Positions 1 through 8,300 of a DNA stretch of 51,451 nt are shown here, piece by piece. Positions within the stretch are counted from its first letter, which is position 1. Every line of letters begins with the position of its first letter. The notes beneath the pieces were generated by a model that worked only from the letters and a program-made list of their open reading frames with translations, was not told the origin of the DNA and did not search any database. The position numbers were made by a program, and so were the translations under genes. Origin of the DNA: an uncultured Clostridium sp. (GTDB lineage Bacteria; Bacillota; Clostridia; TANB77; CAG-508); assembly GCA_946578345.1 (NCBI GenBank), contig CAMOBD010000003.1, forward strand, positions 1 through 51,451, read 5' to 3'.

Positions 1-71
1 ATTTTGAGGGGCAAAAATAAAAAAATCAATTTCCCCGAAAAAACTTGACACTATCACATATTGCTTTTTAC

Positions 72-100
72 TTTACATATTATTAATTTTATTATATAAT
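72..100 (+). promoter_or_regulatory. sigmaA-like promoter of the DUF3800 gene
   Basis: TTTACA (72-77), 17-bp spacer, TATAAT (95-100); AGGAG RBS before ATG 139. Confidence 0.6.
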
Positions 101-138
101 ATTTATCATTAAATAAATTATTGTAGGAGAAAGAAATA

Positions 139-984
139 ATGAAATTAGAACAAGAGTGGACTAAAAAACCATCCAAAATTATGACTTGGTCAAAGGATAT
201 AGACTATGTAATGTTTGTAGATGAAAACGGAAATAGTGATATTAAAGATATTTTAAAACGTATTTCTAAAGGTAATAAGGTTGATGATAACAACAAATTT
301 TTTACTGTTACAGGTGTAATTTTCACTAGAGAACAGTATGCTATTGCTCGTCAACAAATAGATACTTTAAAAAATAAATACTGGGAGAATGGCTGCTATT
401 TGTATAAAAACAATTTTAAAAAAGTTTGCTTTCATTCCCGTGAAATTAGAAGAAAGGAATCAGCGTTTGACATAAATTTAATTAACTATGATAGTTTCAT
501 ATTATCTCTTACAGATTTACTAAAGGGACTAGATTATAAAATAATATCTGTCACTATAAACAAAGAAGACTACTTATTAAAACATTATCAATATAATGTT
601 TATAATACTGCTATGTGTTTTTTATTACAAAGATATATCTATGTTATGAAAGGCAATAGCAAAGGTATCGTTATGTTAGAAGCTAGAGGAAAAGACGAAG
701 ATTATATATTACTAAACGAAATGAAACATATTATATTTGAAACAGGCATAAGAAAAATTACCTCTAATGAATTATCAAATCGAATTTTAGGTATTTATTT
801 CAATCCTAAATGGAACAATGAATATGATAATACTTTTTCTGGTTTAGAAATAGCTGACCTATCTTCATACCCTATTCATAAATATGTTAGAAATAATAAA
901 AAAGATAAGGCTTTCTTAGCTATTGAAGATAAAATAGATAAATATCCAGACTATAATAACAAGGGAATTAAAATTTTTCCGTAA
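139..984 (+). CDS. DUF3800 domain protein (predicted RNase H-like fold)
   Basis: 281 aa; N-terminal MFVDENG, FHSREIR, LEARG and C-terminal GLEIADL motifs typical of DUF3800. Confidence 0.8.
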   Translation: MKLEQEWTKKPSKIMTWSKDIDYVMFVDENGNSDIKDILKRISKGNKVDDNNKFFTVTGVIFTREQYAIARQQIDTLKNKYWENGCYLYKNNFKKVCFHSREIRRKESAFDINLINYDSFILSLTDLLKGLDYKIISVTINKEDYLLKHYQYNVYNTAMCFLLQRYIYVMKGNSKGIVMLEARGKDEDYILLNEMKHIIFETGIRKITSNELSNRILGIYFNPKWNNEYDNTFSGLEIADLSSYPIHKYVRNNKKDKAFLAIEDKIDKYPDYNNKGIKIFP

Positions 985-1064
985 AAATAGTAGCCGACAA
1001 AATCAGCTACTACCGTCCGCACAATTACGAACCCCATTGAGAAACTATCACCAGTTTCTCTACT
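983..1064 (-). ncRNA. putative ~80-nt small RNA convergent with the DUF3800 gene (DUF3800-RNA-motif-like)
   Basis: Minus-strand promoter at 1071-1099; hairpin GAGAAACT/AGTTTCTC (1039-1060); terminator hairpin TAGTAGCTGA/TCGGCTACTA (988-1012) followed by TTTTT; no ORF. Confidence 0.65.
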
Positions 1065-1070
1065 ACTATT

Positions 1071-1099
1071 ATTATACAAATAAATAAATAAATATGCAA
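1071..1099 (-). promoter_or_regulatory. sigmaA-like promoter driving the small RNA
   Basis: TTGCAT (1099-1094), 17 bp, TATAAT (1076-1071) on the minus strand. Confidence 0.65.
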
Positions 1100-1129
1100 G
1101 TAGTTTTTAAAATTTTTTTATTTTTGTGC

Positions 1130-1190
1130 CTCTTCCCAACCACTTTTTGTATGCAAGTACTAAAAAGTGGTCGGGAAGAGCAGTTTTTTT
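1130..1190. terminator. long stem-loop, probable terminator
   Basis: CTCTTCCCAACCACTTTTT...AAAAAGTGGTCGGGAAGAG inverted repeat followed by a T-run, just downstream of ORF 1210-2082. Confidence 0.55.
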
Positions 1191-1209
1191 ATAGTGGTAA
1201 CAAAATTTA

Positions 1210-2082
1210 TTACCTTACATTGTCATCAATATTTTTTACATTCTCATCATACTCTATTGCTTCTATATTACCTTTTCCGTCTTTCACAAATTGCTTTGTT
1301 GCCAGTTTTGTTACATCTTCATACATTGCTTTAAGCTTTTTAACTGCATTCAGCTTACTTATTCTATCTTCCCTTAAATCAATAGCTAAGTTAGTATACT
1401 CTTGCATTGATTGAACAATGGAATCAGAAATTTCATCTGATAATGAGTTACTTTGACCTATTCCTAATGGCATTTTAGCAGCTCCTGAATATATATGCCT
1501 ACTTCCTAAGCCTTCTTTTACTATTAATTGTCCATAATATTTTCCATCAAAAGTAGTATCAAAGTCTATACTTGTCCTATCAAGACCTTCAATATTAGCC
1601 ATTTTATCTTTTATCACATTTTCATTTATTGCATTTATTCCTCGTAAAATTGAAAGTACATCATTTTCTGTAACATTTAAATCACTAAAATCAGTATTTG
1701 CAAAATATCCATCATATATTTCCATTTCTTCAATAGTGTCTCTTTCCAATCCAAGTTTACTCAAATCCACTCCTTTTTCTTGTAGTTGAGTAATTGATTG
1801 TTTTTCTCCACCATCTTTTAAAGATCCAACATATGAAATTCCACTTTCTATAGCAGTACCAACACCACGAATGCCTATTCCAGCAGCTAAAATTAACGCT
1901 CCCACTCTTAATGCAACTCTTCTTTTTTTCTTACTTGACATTGCTCTTTTTGTCGTACCTTTTGGAGCATAATACGTTTCTCTTGGCTCTTTTTGATCTC
2001 TTCTTTGTACATCGTGAGCTCCCATTTGATTAAGTCTATATCTCATACTTTCTCTATAATTTCTTGCTTCATCTGTTCCCAT
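1210..2082 (-). CDS. hypothetical membrane-anchored protein
   Basis: 290 aa; basic stretch SSKKKRR followed by hydrophobic VALRVGALILAAGIGI; RBS GGGGAAG; TTGACA/TATAAT-like promoter upstream. Confidence 0.75.
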   Translation of the reverse strand: MGTDEARNYRESMRYRLNQMGAHDVQRRDQKEPRETYYAPKGTTKRAMSSKKKRRVALRVGALILAAGIGIRGVGTAIESGISYVGSLKDGGEKQSITQLQEKGVDLSKLGLERDTIEEMEIYDGYFANTDFSDLNVTENDVLSILRGINAINENVIKDKMANIEGLDRTSIDFDTTFDGKYYGQLIVKEGLGSRHIYSGAAKMPLGIGQSNSLSDEISDSIVQSMQEYTNLAIDLREDRISKLNAVKKLKAMYEDVTKLATKQFVKDGKGNIEAIEYDENVKNIDDNVR

Positions 2083-2182
2083 CTATCTTCTTCCCCTTTC
2101 CATATTTGGAATACGTCTATTTTTTTCTTATTATATAATACTTTTTCTGTTTGTCAAGGTTTAATTGGTGGAAAATAGGGAG

Positions 2183-2352
2183 GAGTCGTTGCTATTTAAT
2201 GGTTAGAATGAATTTAAAGTCCGCGCAGGGAGCTTCTAATTAAAATAGGTGAGCGGAGCAGGGAGCTCCGTCGGGACGTAGCGAGTCTATTTTAATTAGA
2301 ACTACCGTTGTAGGACCTATATAATTCGAAAACCATTAAATAGCAACGACTC
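2183..2352. repeat. 170-bp nested palindromic element (REP/MITE-like or structured RNA)
   Basis: 22-bp terminal IR GAGTCGTTGCTATTTAATGGTT/AACCATTAAATAGCAACGACTC; inner 15-bp IR at 2234-2248/2287-2301; apical CGGAGC/GCTCCG hairpin. Confidence 0.75.
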
Positions 2353-2357
2353 GTTAC

Positions 2358-5300
2358 CTATTTTCTCACTTCCACACTATATACTCCACCATTTCCGTTT
2401 AGTATTATTTCTGGTTTTTCTAATCTCTTACCATCTAGAAATACACCTTTTTCCGCTTCACTATTTTCATTTTTTACTTTTATATTATATATACTATTTC
2501 CATATTTATATCTGATACTATATTCCTTCCAATTTGCTGGGATATTTGGTTTAATCTTTAGCATATTTCCTTCTATATTTAATCCCAATATATATTTTAT
2601 TCCTGCTTCATACATCCAGCTGCTAGAGCCTGTGTACCAAGTCCATCCGCCACGTCCTGCTAGATTTCCTCCATAAATGTCTGCTGCTATGACATATGGC
2701 TCTACTTTATATTTCTTGGCTTCTTCCTTAGTCCTTGCATGTTCTATTGGGTTTATCATTCTAAAGTATTCTACTGCTTTATCTCCAAATCCAAGTATTG
2801 CCTCTGCACATATTGCCCAAATTGCGCCATGTGTATACTGTCCTCCATTTTCTCTTGTTCCTGGAATATATGCTTTTATATATCCTGGCTCTAGTTTGCT
2901 TTTTTCAAATGGTGGGTCTAGTAATTTAATTATTCCTGTTTCTTTGTCAACCAAATGATTTTCTAGAGCTTGTATTGAAATATATTTTTTGTCATTATCT
3001 CCTGCTCCTGAAATTGTTGCCCAACTTTGTGCAATACTGTCTATTCTACATTCTTCGTTTTGCATACTTCCAAGTACATTTCCATCATCCATAAATGCTC
3101 TTTTATACCATCTGCCATCCCATGCATTTGTGTTCAAGTGTCTTTTTAAATCTTCCATTATTTTTCTATATTTATTTGCTCTTTCAATTTCTACGGCCGT
3201 TGTTTCTTTTTCCTTTATCAATTCTTCTGACTCTTGAGCAGAATTTATATTATTATTTTCCTCGCTTTCATGCCTCTTGCTGTACTCCTCACAAATTTTT
3301 GCAAACTTATCTAACACAAGATATTGGAAAAATCCAAGCCATACACTTTCTCCTTTTCCTTTATTTCCTACTGTGCTAAATCCATCATTCCAATCTCCTG
3401 AGCCTATTTTAGGAAGACCATTTTCTCCAAAATTTAATGATCTTTCTATCGCTCTTATGCAATGCTTATATATACTTTCTTTTTCTTCAGTTGGCAAATA
3501 CAAATCATATCTTTCATCAACGCCATCTTCCAAAATCGGTCCCTTTACATAGCTTGTTTCTATATCAAGTATTGATGTATCTCCTGTGAATTTAATATAT
3601 TCTGCAACCATATATGGTAGCCACAATAAATCATCAGAAAATCTGGTACGTATTCCCCTTGATGTTTCTTCATGCCACCAGTGCTCTACATCTCCTTCTA
3701 TAAATTGATGTTCACTGTGTTTTATAATTTGCCTTTTCAAATATTCTGCAGAGATATATTTTAGTCCAATGCAATCTTGAAGTTGGTCTCTAAATCCATA
3801 TGCACCACCTGATTGATAATATCCGCTTCTTGCAAGCATTCTTGAGCAAAGAGTTTGATACAAAAGCCATCCATTTAAAAGTATATTCATTGATTCTACT
3901 GGTGTATTTACTTGTATATTTCCCAGTGTTTCTTTCCAGTATCTCTTTGTTTTCTCAAGTTCACTTATCGCATTATTTACATTACTATATTTATATGCCA
4001 CATCTTTCAAATTTAAGATGTTTTCATCAGCGCCTAGTGTAATTACTACATTTTTTCTTTCAAATGCCTCTAAATCGATTTTAAGCTCAATTGCGACTAT
4101 TCCATCCTTTCCTAGAGAATTCTCTTTATCTAGTTCTAATTTTCTTATTCCCTCCGGATTTTTTATAGTTCCTTTTCCAATAAATGATTTTTTACTTCCT
4201 GTATATGATAATATTTTTTCGCTACAAGCTATATACATAATTGTCCTATTTGTAAGTTCTTTTGTTTTATTTTCAAGTGTTATCAAATTCATATTTGCAT
4301 TGTAATCTAATTCTATATATCCATTTGACTTAGTTTCATCTTCATCAAGTACTGGTTTTATATAATACACTAGTTTTAATTCTTTCTTTTTAGCCAGTTT
4401 ATTTTCTAGATGTAGTATTTGAACTTTTACACTTTCTTCTTTTGTACTGTACTTCTGGTCAGCTAAAACAGAGCCACCATTTTGGTTGGACACAGGACAG
4501 GACAAAACAACCCCGTCCCCTTTTGGCACAAAAACATTTAATTCCTGATAAATGCCATTACTTGTATGCATATATTTGCTATATCCAAATCCATAAGTTA
4601 TATAGTAATCATTATTGTCTGGGCAAGGGTTTACTGAAACTGTCCACATCTTCTTGCTTTCCAGATCTTCAAGGTATATTATTTCTGATGGTACATCTGT
4701 TACTTGGTTATTATTCCATGCAGTTAATCTATTTAATCTGCTGTTTTTATACCAAGTATATCCACCTAATCCCTCTGTTACAACTGTTCCAAACTTCTCG
4801 TTTGCCATGATATTTGACCATACTGTAGGAAGTTTTTCATCTTTATTTACTAGTATTAAATACTCTGTTCCATCTTGTGAGAATCCACCGTATTCGTTAT
4901 AGTATTTAAGAGAATCTGCATCTAAATTATCTCTTTGGAATTCATCTTCGCAGATTTGATGTCTATCGCTCTCTTCTCCTATTTCTTTTATCTTGTCAAT
5001 ATATTCTTCCTCAAAATCTTTTATTTGTCTTGCTATTCCTCCCAAATGTGCATTTATCAAAAGATTTGCTCTAAATTCTATAATTCTTTTTGATGGTTTA
5101 TCTACATTGCTTAATACATGTATTCCTCCATTAATGTTTTGCAAATAGCTTAAATTCTTGTCTAAAATTGCACTTTGTATATCTTCATAAACATAGTTTT
5201 CATATGTCTTCTTCTCTTCATTTAATATTACTAAATCTATATTTATATTTTTCACTCTAAAATATTCATATGCTTTTAGTGCATCTTTCACAACATATAT

Positions 5301-8300
5301 ATCACTACTGTCTTTTATTTTTACAAGCAAAATTGGCAAATCTCCAGAAATACCATATTTCCATAGTTCGGCTGTTGGTGCTTCTTCTGGAATTTTTGAT
5401 TTGTACATAAGTAGTTTTAAAGGATTTTGATAAATCAAATACTTAAGCATATTTTGATATTTTTCAATATCCTTTGCTTTAATTCCTAAATACATTGATT
5501 CTGCCTCTACTTTAGCTCTTGCTAAATTCATATTTCTTTCTATTTTCTCATTATTCATATTATCTTTTACTAAATTTATTGCTTCTTCTCTATCTTCAGA
5601 TACGGAAATAATCAAGTTTAACACAACTTTCCCCTCTGGAGCCACTTTCACAGTTCTTCTCATTGCAATTATTGGGTCAGTTGTCATTTGAACTTTTCTA
5701 CCAAGCGGTATTGAATTTTCTACAGCTATAGGGAGTTCAACGTTTTGCCTTCCTACAAATTTTTCTTTATCTACTTCGTATTCTAGTTCTCCTATTGTGT
5801 CATCTTCAGTGTACAAATTCACTGCCATATAAACATCGCTTTTCCTTTCGTCCCTCGCTTTTCTCTTTACTAGAATTGTATTTGTATCATCCAAAAATTC
5901 AAAAGTCAAAAACAAATTATTAAATGCCTTATGAGAGTAATCTTGCTCTAATGATGAAAGTATAGGCTCAAACACTGAGTTTACTTCTATTGTCTCTTCT
6001 GAATTTCCTAAGTTTTTAAGTTCAATTTTTCTTATTTCAACAGGGCTATCTGGCATTACTACTATCTTTGTGGTAGTTTCTACTCCGCCATCTTGTCTTA
6101 CGAATTTACTCATATCTGGAGAAAAGTATGCTGAAAATTTATCAGCTTCTGCTAGATAATTTTTTTGACCAGAACTCCAAATTCTTTTTGTTTTTATGTT
6201 TTTGAAGAAGAAGTAAATACCTTGCTGAACATCATCTGTTTGCTTAAATCTATTTATTACAATATTTTTGTATTTGCTATATCCATCTCCCTTTTGGTCG
6301 ATTATTACTGAGTAATCCTCATTTGATATAACATTTATATGACTTAATTTATCATATGGTTTGTTATATTCTCTTACTGCATATGTCTCATAATCTACGT
6401 TTTTAACCTTTTCTACTTTTTCTTTTTGCTCCTTAGTTATTATTACATTTGCTGGCATCTTTTCTTCCAAAAGTATTTCTACTGATTGCATCTCCGGATT
6501 TTGCATAAATCTTTTTTGAAGAATATTTTTATTAAACAAGTTATCTATTGAAAGCAGAATTAGTCCCTGATGATGTGCCATATATGTTTTAACTACTTCA
6601 CTTTTTTCTCCTTTTTTTAATCTGCTTGGCGTATAGTCAATTGATTCATAAAATCCATATTTATCATACATTCCGTCTTTTTCTAGTAATTTAAGATTTT
6701 GAATTGTCTCGATTGGATAATCATTTATTGCTAAGATTGTACCATATGAAGACACAACCATTTCATCTGCCAATCCTCTTTTAAGTCCAAGCCATGGCAC
6801 TCCAAAAGCTTTGTATTGGTAATTGTTGTTTAAATCTCTTAAATTAAATGCTGCCTCAGATATTCCCCATGGTATTCCTAATTTCTTTGCATATTCTTGC
6901 TGTGACATTATAGCAAATTGACTAGATTCGTTTATGATGCTGCCAGGATATTGTGGTATATTTATATTTGGCATTAAATACTCAAATGCAGTTCCTGACC
7001 AAGATATAAGTCCTTTGTATTTATTTAATATGGTTAAAGTTCTGCTCAAATTGTACCAATGTTTAGCAGGAACATCCTTTTTTGCAATTGCTACTAAGCT
7101 TGCTTGTCTTGCTTCAGATGCTAATAAGTCGTAATACGAAGGGGTTAGAGCATTATCTTCAACATTGAATCCTATTGAGAAAATTCTATTTTCTTCACTG
7201 TATAAATATGAAAAGTCTGTATTTTCAATTGTGTTATCTATTATTTGCAACATTAAATTTATTTTTTCAGTTAGTTCTTCTCTCTTTCTTTTTTCTCTTA
7301 TCTCTTCTTGCTCTGTCTCTGCATTTTCATTGCCCTTTTCTTCTTCACTTCTGTTATTTCTTTTCTCTTCTTTCCTATTTTCTGTATCTGTTTCATTTGA
7401 AGTTTGTTTTAATTCTTCTCCTACACTTTCCCCACTTTGCACATCTTCTAAAAATTGCTTTAAAGTATACAAATATCCTACAAAGTTTCCACTATCTACT
7501 GTAGATACATACTTTGGTACAAGTGGTTTTAATGTTTGTAAATCATACCAATTGTATAAATGTCCATTCCATTTTTGGAGCTTTGATATAGTATCAATCA
7601 TTTTAGATAGTAAATTTATAGTATCTTCCAAACTTTCATAACCTAAATCATAGCTTGCTACAACTGCAAGAAGTCCAAGTCCTATATTAGTTGGAGAAGT
7701 CCTATACACTATTTGTTCTTTTCTGTCTTCTTGATAATTATCAGGTGGTAAAAAGTTTGATTTTTCATTTATATTTTCCTTAAAATAATTCCATGTTTTT
7801 TGACCAATTTCTTTTATATATTCTTTCTCTTGGTTATTCAAAATTTCTATTGGAAATACCTTTTTTTGTTTTTTACTAATTATTTTCATTACTCCTGGTG
7901 TAATAATATACAAAACGCTTAAAGCTATAACTAGCGGATTTTTATATGAAAATATTAGTAAAACTACTCCAATTACTAGATTTGCAAGCATACTTTTGTA
8001 GTACGAAAATAAGTCCTCTTTTGAATTTCTTTCTGCCTCTTCAGCAGTTGTCCATTCAAGTAAATGCTTTTTACTAAAACACATTCTATAAATTGTCTTC
8101 ATAATCGAGCTAAACATTGTGTATGCCTTGTCTGGTAATAGCCCTATATCTAAAATTCCCCTTATAACACTTGCTTTAATTCCAGTAATTCCTTTATTAA
8201 ATGTCCTTTGATAAGTTTCCCCATCTTTCTTGTATATTATTCTATTTACTATCTCCATAACTGATGGGATAATTATTGAAAGTATTGCAATTGTCATCAA

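Noticed and set aside
7270-7450. Charged insertion in the glucan synthase as a possible intein or mobile insert (also ~3190-3290)
   Set aside because: Low-complexity E/K/N-rich linker with no intein terminal motifs or flanking repeats.
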